Shown here: positions 26,411-37,345 of the stretch, in pieces
How the letters are laid out: each line of letters starts with the position of its first letter
How positions within the stretch are numbered: position 1 is the first letter of the stretch
DNA from: Oopsacas minuta
Lineage: Eukaryota > Animalia > Porifera
DNA length: 64,000 nucleotides
Assembly: GCA_024704765.1 (NCBI GenBank)
Contig: JAKMXF010000314.1
Coordinates: 109,377 to 173,376 of the forward strand
Direction: 5' to 3'
Program-made: the position numbers and the translations under genes
The notes under the pieces: model-generated
What the model was told of the DNA's origin: nothing
Databases searched by the model: none
The model's input: only the letters and a program-made list of their open reading frames with translations

Positions 26411-27192
26411 CTAAGGATTATTGAAATATCAGTAAATAATAATTGAAATACTGAAAAATGAGTCAGAGGATGTAAAGCGGGTTTGTAATTGATACAGACA
26501 AGATGGGTTGTGTCGTAGCCTACAGTTGTGTGTTTGTTAATATAAACAAGTGAATAATAATTATCTTCCTATAAAATTTGTGCATCAAAATTATTTTGAA
26601 AATTATGGGTCAATTAGAAATAGAATTGAAGTTATCCATGGTTATGAAAAAGAGTATGTGAGTAGGCTATAGTTAGGTAGGCTGCGGTTAAATTGCTTTC
26701 TATTTCTTTGCTTTTGGTTCCATACTTAATGTCGAAACAAAAAATAACAAAGAACTAAACCTAAAAGACATACTGGAACACACCTGGATCTGCTAATTGC
26801 AAGAGCTTAATTGAGAATCGAATCACTGTCAGGAAAAGTTCTAAAATATAAGTTAGTGCATTAGTGTACAATCTACGCTTCTGAAAGCTAAAACCCTTTC
26901 AAAAGGTTAGCAAACTTTTTTAGGATGTTAGAGAGCTTAAGACGACGTTAAGATTCAAGAATTTAAGTATAAGAAATAAGATAATCCGAACCAGCGATTA
27001 TACAATAGAGTCCAAAATTATGTTCCAATGGGTCCGTTTGCAGAAATTCAGACAAAACATGAAGAAATCCATACGAGTCAGTTAGATAGTTTATAATCTG
27101 TTCTAAGGCAATACACACGTGTCTCAAACTAGTATACGTTGCTTCCTCAATTTACCCGAAATTTCCAGGTAAGGACTGCCAAGCATAATGCC

Positions 27193-28700
27193 CAATGGTT
27201 CCCAACCGGGGTTCCCTAGACAATGCTTAGGGGTTCCGGGGGGTTCTTTCATACAACAATACATGTGCATTATTAGAATCATTTTTGAAATTGTTATCAA
27301 CATATTACAAGATATATGTAGTCTCATTTAACTCTTTGATATTCCCCAACTTGTAAAATATAAATAGTTACTTGTAAATGTAACTTGTAACTAATGAATA
27401 TATATTATTCAGATTAACTTCATTATGATCCTATCTGTTAACTCCAACATCATCTATTATCGTCAAATATAACCCAGTTGTATTTTTGATTCGATGGATC
27501 GTTTTCTGAAAAAACCCAGATTATCAAATTCTAATGATGAAGATATAGGTGCCGGCATTAATTCAAGTTGAATCAGTGAAACAGGAATTCAGAGTAACCA
27601 GGCAATGTCCGTGATTATAATGTTAGTTATCTAGCAATTAGTTTTAGTTGGACTGGGGATATTAGATATCCTCTGCTTGAGTGCATTGTTTGGGGAGAAA
27701 AGCTCTCAAACTCTTACATGCTACCAGCAAAACTAAAGAGACATTTTGCTACAAAAGAAATCGATCTTGCACATAAGAATGTGGAGTATTTTATGAGGCT
27801 GAGGGAAGAACAAAAGTCACAAACTTCAAGATTTCAAACTCACTTTAAAGTCAGTGACAAGACTCAAGAGGCTAATTATTTAGTGGCAGAACAGGTTGCT
27901 AAATAGTTTTGATCAAGTCATAAAATGTTGAACTTCATAAGACAAAGACCGCTCAAATCACGTATATTTGCAAAACTATGCAAATCTATGGATTCTTTGC
28001 ACATACTCCTCACTATACGGAAGTTTGATGGCTTTCAAGAGGAAATGTATTATCACGTGTTATGGCCTAAGAGAAGAAATGCTCCTTCTCTTTCACCAGG
28101 AAAATCTAATTGAATTTTCCAATGTAATTTGTGATCAATCATGGTATTCTAAGATGGCATACTTAGCTGACATATTTCAACAATTAAACAAATTCAATAC
28201 TAACATGCAAAGATGACGGAAAATGTATGGAAATCTACAAACAAACTCCGTGCACTCAAACATGAACTTGGGATCTGGAAATCCCGGCCTTAGAAAGCAA
28301 TCTAGAGATGTTTCTTCTTGTTGAACAGAGAAAATGGAAAGAAATACTACCTCTCATTTGGGTAATTTGACTACTCTACAGGAAAGAATCGAAAAGTATT
28401 ATCCTGAATTGATAGTAGATGATTTTGATTGGGTCATAAACCCATTTACAAAAGTACTATTCAGGGTAGGACAGTTCTCCCTTAGAGAAGAAGAAGAATT
28501 AACGGAACTTTTTTATGATAGGACATTGAAGTTAAAACATTCAGATATATCTCTAGATTCATTTTAAAGCACCATTGAAATTAATACCCTAACATAGTAA
28601 AATGCTCTAAAAATCATGCTGCTATTTTCGACAACATATATCTGTGAACTAGGATTCTCTGCTATGACAACAATAATTCAGACTACGTTTGTGACAAGTT
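27193..28700 (+). pseudogene. hAT Buster/Charlie-type (ZBED5/ZBED8-like) transposon, internally deleted
   Basis: CAATGGTTCCCAACC terminus; MDRFLKK, GEKLSN..MLPAKLKRHFATK, EANYLVAEQVAK, NFIRQRPLKSRIFAKLC, LADIFQQLNKFN, DWVINPF. The central DDE segment is missing. Confidence 0.85.
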
Positions 28701-29444
28701 CACATTCGGAATCAGCGAACCGATTACCCCAGCATAACGGTTGATAGCAAGGTTAGTATTATTCAGAATATTGTTTACTTTATGGGGCTAAAGAACAAAA
28801 AATATTCACAAAAGTAGATAAAATATCATATTCAGATTCTGCGTACTTAATACCCTTATAATTCTGATGAAAGCAAGTATCAAGAAATACTTAGAATTTC
28901 TGCTATCTGTTGAATATATTCATACTATTAGAACGCAATTAATCTGTATGTATACTAGCGCGCTTCGCTTGCCAGGTAACTGTGTGAAAGCTTAGTGCCT
29001 CGGGTTAGATTAAGTATCAAACATAAATTTCTTAGTTCATTTGGTCACGATGCGACGAGAAAAACTCAGGACTTCGTGCCCAAGATGTATAATATAACAG
29101 AAATTTTAGATGGTTCATCGAAATTATATTCAATGACCATCTGTGGTGACGCTGGAAATGCTATGTCACTGTGGTTAGTAATCTCGGCTTTTGGTGCCTC
29201 TGGTATTAAGAAACTGTGAAGGTTTTCCAAAGTTGGAAATTTTGAGTGTTTTTGTAGAATCATGATGACTAAATAATCCAATGATGAGTTATCTTTTGGT
29301 CAAAATGATGACGTCCTGACATTTGTCACAATGAGGGTTAACTGTGGTTCAAGTTTCAAACATCTATCATATATATTGACTGAACAATGGTCAATAATGT
29401 GATTTTTGAAAATACAAAAAAGTGACAATGACGTCATAATTTCT

Positions 29445-29565
29445 TCGTAGGTGTGAATTTTCGTCCAAGACACGAACATGTAATAGTCAGGTCCAAAATG
29501 CCCCTGCCAAAAATCAGCCCTGGGGGTCCTCCGGTTTCTTTTATCAATTCTGGACATACAAACAT
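29445..29565 (+). repeat. Interspersed repeat also at 44093-44240 (Helitron/HINE-like body ending in CATA/CA microsatellite)
   Basis: Shared AGGTGTGAATTTTCGTCCAAGACACG...CAATTCTGGAC(A/C)TACAA.CATAT. Confidence 0.7.
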
Positions 29566-30166
29566 ATATATATATATATATATATATGTTGCAGTGCAAA
29601 TGCGAGTTTAGTGTGATTGCAATCACACCAGTTTACTTGCAATCACACCAACCTATTGGCGTAAGTGCAAGCTTCGAATAGAATCAATATTGGGTAAATT
29701 ATAATTACTGATCTCTATATATGGAATATGAATAATCCTAATTTGGAATAAGTAGGTTAAGGTACTAACAATATACTAGCAATCACCCTACGCATATTAC
29801 TATGCATGATGGAACTACAAGATTCTAAAGTGATTCGATTGAAGTTAAGAATGATTTTTCTCTAGATTGAGTACCTGAGTTAAACATCTTTAAATCTTCA
29901 AAATATAATTATTTCCCTAAAAATAATTCGGAGAATTGAGTATTTATACTTGGATATATCAAAAGTCATCTATGTATCAACATTAGAAATGGGGAAATAA
30001 TCATCAATAAAGTGTAAACTGTGTTTGATAAACATCAACCTAGCCATGTCAATGATTTCATCTACAGTGACTTTCATTCTATAAAATGAGCTACGGAAAA
30101 CAATGAATACGCAATATAATTATATTGATTCTATTCAAAGCTCGCACTTACACCAATAGGTTGGTG

Positions 30167-32968
30167 CACGGGTCTCTCAGAAAATCATATTGATCGAAAA
30201 AACGAGGTCCTTGAGATTTTTCATGATTCTTGTGTAGAATTTTGCGTAGAATCCGATTCTGTTGCCAAAAAAATATTTCTCACACAAATTTTTGAGTTAT
30301 TTTATATTTTTTGTAAAAAAAAATTTTTTTAGTTCCCATTTTTATATGTTGTCGGGTTGCTAGTTTATCATATTAGAATCATCGTTATCACTCATACATT
30401 GAATATAATACATCCATCAGTCACATAAAGAATAAATTAAGGACTTATAAAATTAACGAAATTTTTTTCCTTGACAGCATTTAGTAGGTTATCGCCGTAA
30501 TTTTCTAGAGACTCGCTACATTGATAATTTCTCCAAACTTTGATGAATCGAGAATGAGCTGATTCAGCTGCCTGCTCTGAAACGGCGCCCAATCCCATAC
30601 CAACTGGAAGGAATTTGGTGATAAATGGGATAACATGTCTGCACACTATATGGACTTTTGTTGAACAATTCAGCCCAGTTAATTTGAATGCTTCTTCAAA
30701 TTGAAATATCCCCAGTTTGTAATCACCTTGTATCTTTTGCCCAAAACATGTCCTCACTACCTCTGAAAATCGCTTTAAAGCAATGCTGGATGAGTTGCTA
30801 ATTGGAAAACCAATCTGCTCAACCATCAATGTAATTTTCCGCATTGCATTACCTTCAAATGCGCCTCCATGGTAAGAACTTCGAGATATGTTATTGTGCT
30901 TCAGTAATAATTCATGTGTAACTAACTCTTCTTCAGACATTGTAGCCACGATCGCATTGTACAACTTCTGACCAACCCCTAACAAAAGATGTAACTCGGG
31001 AATATTGAACATCTGCATGTAGTCAACCATCCATACACCAAGAGCCTCCATATCTTCTACACCATCACAGTCAATCGCTTGATTCTTTGAGTCGGAGTTA
31101 TATTCTTCACACAATTTTTGGTACATCTCTGCATGATGTGCTGATGATCTTGATTTGAATTCGACATGATCCAATCCACTTTTAGCATCCCATTCACACC
31201 AAATGCATGGGTAACGTCCAAGCATAATACCCAGACAGAGAGCAGCGGCTTTGAGATCAAAGGTAAAAGATACGTTGTACTCATGAATAAACTTTTGAAT
31301 TTCCGGGGCATTCAGTATTATAGAAAAATTGTAATTATTTTCAGGAGCACTTGATACCCATAAGAAGATTAGATTTCGCACAGAATTTTCCAGTTGTAGA
31401 CACATGACAAGCTTAGTGAACCCACAACCATAATCAAGGCCTAGCTTAAAATTGAAACTGTAAACTGAAGATTCTCCGCTAATGTTGTAGACTTTTTCTA
31501 TCAGTTTGTCGATGTTGCAACAGCGTACGACCCAAGTCTTTCTGATATCAGAGGAATACTTCTCTTTGCTCCATTCCAGATCTAATTGGACGCATTCGAA
31601 TATATCATCACAATATTGTTTCCGTTCGTCGTAATAGTCCTTCATTGATGGACAGGCCACGCCAGCATCCCTTATTACTTTGGTTACAGCTTTTAGTTGC
31701 TTGTTACTCATTGCTCCGCCAGTGCATTTTATCTGTGCGATGTCAGAGAAATCCATTTTGGGCATTTTGTGTTGAGGTAACTGGTCCAAATTACCAGGAA
31801 GCATATGAATTGGATGGCCTCCCGATGGTCTAGGTAACGTTATACGCGAGTCCTCACTTGCACTGCGGAATTTTCGTAAGATTTCGGAACATACGACAGG
31901 TTCAATAGAACGTTTTCGTGCTAACAAAAATTGGCTATTATTTACCAAAGAAGTTTTTGAGCAAGTATGCGGAAATCCGGGACTTACTGTGTTTAAACAC
32001 TTACTACAAAGGTTAAGAACCTTTTTGGGAGAGTTGATCGCAGGACGTCCAGGTTTTTCGTGGAGAATTTGCAAAGAAGCACGATTTCTAGGTCCAAATC
32101 TCGAACTTTCCATGCACATTACACAGGTATTGACTGAACTACACGTATTCAAGCGAGTATTTCGTATAATTGGCCAATTGAATCGAACAGGAATTTCCCT
32201 TGAAGTATCATCATGCATTGATCGATTAACCAAATAGAGCTTGCAAGTATTGCACAAAACATTTGGCCGATTATCGTCCATCGGATCGATTGGCTCGAAA
32301 AACTTCGAATATTGCTCACCCAATTGAGTAGAAATAAGGCTATTGTTTTTAATAGTTATCTTCCCAACTTTAATACAACACCAACGACAAATTTTGTCTT
32401 TTGCAGACTCGTGCTTACTCATCAATACCAACAGTAGAAAAATTATATAGAAAATGAGTACAAGCATTCTTTAAATAGTTTTTCTATGCAAACAGATATT
32501 CGTTAAACACCTTTAATTACTAATTATCACTGAATGGAAACTACTTAAAAGTATTCAAAGGACTCGATTAGGTGATTAATGACGTGCAATCAAACTATTG
32601 TTACTATTGTTAAACTATTCGAACCTGATACCATACAGAAAAATGAATGACATAATAGAATAGAATAAAACCGCAATACTATTGAAAATTCTAAGTGCAT
32701 GCAGATGTAAACAACAATGTCTAAGCATATCATAATAATATCTGATTGCCAATGGTGATGCATCTGCCATCGCTGTCATGATGAGAATCTAAAATATTCG
32801 AATTGTAAAAAATTATTTTTTACAAAAAATAAATTTATCGAAAAAATTTGTGTGGGAAATATTTTTTTGACAACAGAATAGAATTTTCCGCAAAATTCTA
32901 CACAAGAATCATGAAAAATCTCAAGGACCTCGTTATTTCGATCAATATGATTTTCTGAGAGACCCGTG
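30167..32968 (-). mobile_element. Chapaev DNA transposon (CMC group), apparently full length, 2802 bp
   Basis: CACGGGTCTCTCAG termini; ~150-bp TIRs with one mismatch in the first ~79 bp; perfect 4-bp TSD GGTG (30163-30166, 32969-32972). Confidence 0.93.
30437..32467 (-). CDS. Chapaev transposase, uninterrupted ORF (676 aa; 661 aa from the more likely MSKH start at 32422)
   Basis: Chapa zinc finger H-x7-C-x2-C (HESAKDKICRWC)...PNVLCNTC...CVMC; LCSKCL...PHTC; catalytic-type motifs GLDYG, TFDLK..LG...YPCIWC, PELHLLLG, YHGGAFEGN, KVHIVCRHV and SEQAAESAH. Confidence 0.92.
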   Translation of the reverse strand: MLVLIFYIIFLLLVLMSKHESAKDKICRWCCIKVGKITIKNNSLISTQLGEQYSKFFEPIDPMDDNRPNVLCNTCKLYLVNRSMHDDTSREIPVRFNWPIIRNTRLNTCSSVNTCVMCMESSRFGPRNRASLQILHEKPGRPAINSPKKVLNLCSKCLNTVSPGFPHTCSKTSLVNNSQFLLARKRSIEPVVCSEILRKFRSASEDSRITLPRPSGGHPIHMLPGNLDQLPQHKMPKMDFSDIAQIKCTGGAMSNKQLKAVTKVIRDAGVACPSMKDYYDERKQYCDDIFECVQLDLEWSKEKYSSDIRKTWVVRCCNIDKLIEKVYNISGESSVYSFNFKLGLDYGCGFTKLVMCLQLENSVRNLIFLWVSSAPENNYNFSIILNAPEIQKFIHEYNVSFTFDLKAAALCLGIMLGRYPCIWCEWDAKSGLDHVEFKSRSSAHHAEMYQKLCEEYNSDSKNQAIDCDGVEDMEALGVWMVDYMQMFNIPELHLLLGVGQKLYNAIVATMSEEELVTHELLLKHNNISRSSYHGGAFEGNAMRKITLMVEQIGFPISNSSSIALKRFSEVVRTCFGQKIQGDYKLGIFQFEEAFKLTGLNCSTKVHIVCRHVIPFITKFLPVGMGLGAVSEQAAESAHSRFIKVWRNYQCSESLENYGDNLLNAVKEKNFVNFISP

Positions 32969-34070
32969 GGTGTGATTGCGAGTACACCAGTGTGATTGCA
33001 AGTACACTAGGTAGTTGGTGTGATTGCAATCACACCAACTCGCATTTACACTGCAACATATATACATAAATACATATAGAGGCTCCAGTGATTGTGTGAA
33101 TTCAGGAAAAAATGAATTTCTGGAATTTTGGGAAATTAACTACAAAAGTTTACTCGTGTTAACTGGTACTTTCAGTAAATGTGTGAAATTTATGCAATAT
33201 CAAATGGTGGCTTCACACAATGAAAGTGATTGGATCTCAGTTGGCTTCACTTGCTTGGCATCCTTAAGTATAAATCCTGGGTGTTTCAGTAGGTCTAGCA
33301 TTACCTGGAAATGATTCACAGCCTGAACATGTCTGTGCAATCATATAAAGATGCTATGTTTAAGTTATCTGGGGATGGCAAAAGTTGGCTATTGCCCAAA
33401 TAAGATTACTACAAGCTACTGGAGGAAGTCAGAAAAGCTGCTGACAAGGAGAAAAGCAAAACAGAAAGAATTTCACCAGTTGATCAAGTAAGTAATTTTT
33501 AATAAATTACCAACCACCATGTAGTTATTTCAATATATTCAAGACTTCTAAATTAAATTTGAATTTCTGTAATAATTTCATCTCGTCTATAGTGCTTAAT
33601 ATACTGAATTCCACATTATTTCATTTCATTTTTTGCAACGATTCTGAAATATTTCAATTTCCATACTTTCCCTCATCTAAAATAATTGTAGATTGGTTCT
33701 ATTGTAATTTTGCAAAGTTTATCCTTTTCGACTTTATAATCTGTATTTATTTATTTTCTAAAAGATCTGAAATTCTACAGTGTGGCGATGTAAAGGAGCT
33801 GATCCGAAAACCTAAAACTCCCACTGACACCCATTGTACTACTCTACAATTGAGGACTCATATGATCTCCTCAGGAGAGCTCACACAGCAAATGGCCATG
33901 CAGTGGGGGACAGAATGTTGCAGGAATCGAGCAATAAGTATGCCAACATCACATCCAAAGCTGTAGAGTTCTACAAATCTTACTGTGAGGAATGCGACAA
34001 GAATAGGAAACGTTCAATGACAAAATGAGTTGTTGTCAGTACTATTTGACAAAGTAATTTGCTTCCAGGG

Positions 34071-36658
34071 CAGTGGCGTAACCATGGGGGGCACTTGCCC
34101 TCTGTTCCTATCGTGAACTAATGTTTTTGTCCGACCTTTAGTATTGTTCCTAATGCAACCAAGTACTGGGAACTGGAATAAATTATGATTTACCATTAAA
34201 TTACTTATCTATTAGATTATGCATTGGTATTCCAAAATTGTTTTATTAGATTAAATGTATTTGTTTATCAAATGGAGAGATTAAGAAGATGTAACTACAT
34301 CGAATTTGAGTCTAGAGATCTATGTGAAGATCCCCCTAAAGATTACATAATATTTAAGCATTATGCAAGTCATGGTCCTTTACAAACTCTTTCAGGACAT
34401 TCAAAATATGAAGGAAGATGTTTCCAAATTTTGAATGGTATTCTAGATTCAAATGGTTAGAAGATAACTTACGCAAGCAAAGAGCATTCTGTTTCATTTG
34501 CAGATTGTTCACTAATTCGTCTGCTTCATTATTTGGTGGGCATCTAGACAAGGCATTTTTAGAAACCGGTCTCGACAATCGGAAAAAAGCTTTGGAAAAA
34601 GATCGTGGAATTCATTCACATGAACAAAGTAAAACTCACTCTGATTCTGAAAGATCGTATTTAACTTTCATGTGCTCTAACCCGATTGATACACTAATAT
34701 CAAATGAAGTTGTTCAACCACAAACAAATCGATCACACGCTACAATTCGAAACAGAAAATGATCAGAAAGTTATTCAGTATTGTGAAGCTTTTAGGGAAG
34801 CTTTCGTTACTTTTTCGTGGTCACGATGAAAGTATTATCTCAAATAATAGAGGTGTACATATTGAATTTGTACATTTTTTGGCAAGCAATGGAGATGATG
34901 TCTTGAATGAGCACTTAACAAACTCAAGTAAGAATCAAATGTACCTTAGTTCACAAATTCAGAATGAAATGATTTCGATTATTGGGAATGAATCAGAAGT
35001 AAAATTGTTGGTTACATTAAAGAGGTAGGTATTTTGGCAGTGTTGATGGATGAAACAACTGATGTATCCCATAAAGAACAGCTTACTGTCATTGTCAGAT
35101 ATGTGAACCCTTTAAATGGCAAATTTCAGAGAGTTTTGTTGCTTTATTAGAAAATCCTATTACTACTGGAGAAGAAATTACAAATATTCTAATTAAAAAA
35201 CTAAATAGTCCTGGATTACAAGTTGAAGACATAGTTGGCCAAGGTTATGACGGAGGAAGCAACATGTCCGGAATCCGCAAATATGTACAAGCAAGAATTC
35301 GCGAGTTAAATCCACTAGCACTATTCACTCATTATTATTCCCATAGTCTGAATCGAGTGTTAGTGAATTCTGTTTGTAGTCATAGAAACATTGAAGCAAA
35401 TAATTCTTTGGAATAGTGGAATTAGTATACACATTTATTGAAGGTAGTGCGCAGCGACATGGTTATTTTACTGAGAGACAGAGGAGATACAATCTGATCA
35501 ACGTCCTTTACACTTAGTTGGTCTATCCGGCACAAGGCGGAATTGCAGGGCGTCTTCTTGTCAACGATTACTAAATGAAGTTGTATTCAAATCAGTTTGG
35601 GATACAATTGAACATGTTTGTGCTACTACTACAGATGGTGATTTTAGAGGTATAGCTACTGGCCTTTCAGCGAGTATATCTACTCTCAACTTCGTAATTT
35701 CTCTTGTAACAGTTACTCTTATCCTTTTAGCTAGCAATATAATAAGTGAAACATTGCAGAGTTGTCAAATAGACCTATTAACGGCAAACAAACAGATCCA
35801 TGTTTTAAAAATTGAACTACAGAGATTACGTACAGAAAACGTCTGGTTGGATGCGTTTAGTAAAGCAGAGAATTTCGCGATAAAGTTAGGCCTATATACT
35901 GAATTTAGCACTCAACGTTCAAGAAGAGTTTCTTGCAGAGTGATAATAATCCTTCTACAGGAATAATATTTTCACCAAAAGATAATTTGAGAGTAAACTT
36001 TACGAAGCATTGGTCGATAGTATGATTTCTGAGATCAATTCTCGCTTTCCCATCAATTAATAAATTTTGCATTTTGGATCCAAGGAATTTTGAAGCCATT
36101 GACGCAGAGGAAAATCTTCTAAAACTTGTTCATCAATACAAAAAAATATCTCCAGACCGTTTTATAGCTGAATGGAGCTCGCAAGACATTTTATAAAACA
36201 AGACACTCCTTTACTTGATGTTTATAACGAATTACCTGATTCATACACAGAACTCCGCTACATGTATCGAATATTGTACACACTCCCAGTGACTACAGCC
36301 CATGCAGAAAGAAGCTTTTCGAAAATGTCTTTGATTAGAACTATGTTACGCTCTACAATGTGCGAAGATCGTCTAGAATCATTGATGTTTGCTCAATAGA
36401 GAAAGAGATTTTGCTTTCTCTAGATAATGAAGACCTCATTTCTAAGTTTGTACCCATAGTAGATAGGAGATTACAATTATCTTAGTATGTGCTGTGTTGA
36501 TCAGATTTTGATAGACATCATCATAGTATATTCATTAAAAATAATTGATACGCGTAATAAAATATATTGGTAATTAGGTTATTTGTTATGTTTAGTGTAA
36601 TAAATAATTTTAATTGCCCTCCCCCCCCCCCTTCCAACTATTCTTGGCAACGCCACAG
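34071..36658 (+). mobile_element. hAT transposon (DUF4371/ZMYM1-like transposase pseudogene) nested in the integrase
   Basis: CAGTGGCGT / ACGCCACAG ends; perfect 8-bp TSD TTCCAGGG (34063-34070, 36659-36666); motifs FCFICRLF, FRGHDES, LMDETTDVSHKEQL, QGYDGGSNMSG, TTAHAERSFSKM..LRSTMCEDRL; frameshifted. Confidence 0.93.
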
Positions 36659-37171
36659 TTCCAGGGGTCAGGTAGATTTGATTGACATGCTGTGCTTGCT
36701 ATTCGATAAGGACAAGTGGGTTATGATTTACCAGGACCATCTGACCAAATTTTGAGCAATGGTAGCTCTATCTTCTAAAATAGCTAGGGAGGTGGCTTAT
36801 TATCTAATGGACATATTTTTACTCCGGGGCACCTGAAATTCTTCAGAGTGACAATGTCTCTGTGTCTGTTTCCCATGTCATCTCTGAACTGAAAGACATA
36901 TGGGCAGATCTTACAATTGTTCATGGAATACCCAGGTATCCACGAGCCAAGGATCGGTTGAGAGAGCCAATTGTGAGATCAAGGCATCTTAGTTGCCTGA
37001 ATGTCTGAAAACAACACACAAGGTTGGAACATTGGGATTAATTGTTTCTCATACTCTGCTTTGTTAGGGTGTGAGGCACGTACTGGATGAACATCCTCTT
37101 CTATACCACAAGAGATCATTGAGAGAATGCAATTTGAGGATGATCTGATTGCTCAAATAACTGCACCTGCA

Positions 37172-37345
37172 TCATCTCAGCCACCATCCTTCCCTGGGCC
37201 TTCTACTCATCACCAATCAGCCTCCTCTGAGCCATCTGATGATCTGCCCTCATTTTAGCAACCAGCCAACCCTGGGCCTTCTACTGACCATCATCCAGCC
37301 TCCTCTGAGCCATCTGATGACATGTCATCATCTCAACCACCAGCC
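37172..37345 (+). repeat. 78-bp in-frame tandem duplication in the Ser/Pro-rich linker of the integrase
   Basis: CCCTGGGCCTTCTACT at 37192 and 37270; CAGCCTCCTCTGAGCCATCTGATGA also repeats with a 78-bp period. Confidence 0.85.

Larger units (their letters stand above)
29587..33058. mobile_element. Non-autonomous TIR element (TGT...ACA termini, Ginger-like) inserted in a (TA)n tract; ~0.66 kb without the nested Chapaev
   Basis: TATA|TGTTGCAGTGCAAATGCGAGTT..GTGTGATTGCAATCACACC ... GGTGTGATTGCAATCACACCAACTCGCATTTACACTGCAACA|TATA. The TIRs are ~100 bp and the right TIR is split by the Chapaev insertion. Confidence 0.75.

Noticed and set aside
31057-32237. Overlapping antisense and alternate-frame ORFs within the Chapaev, and similar ones in other transposases
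   Set aside because: These are shadow ORFs of real coding sequence with no independent motifs.
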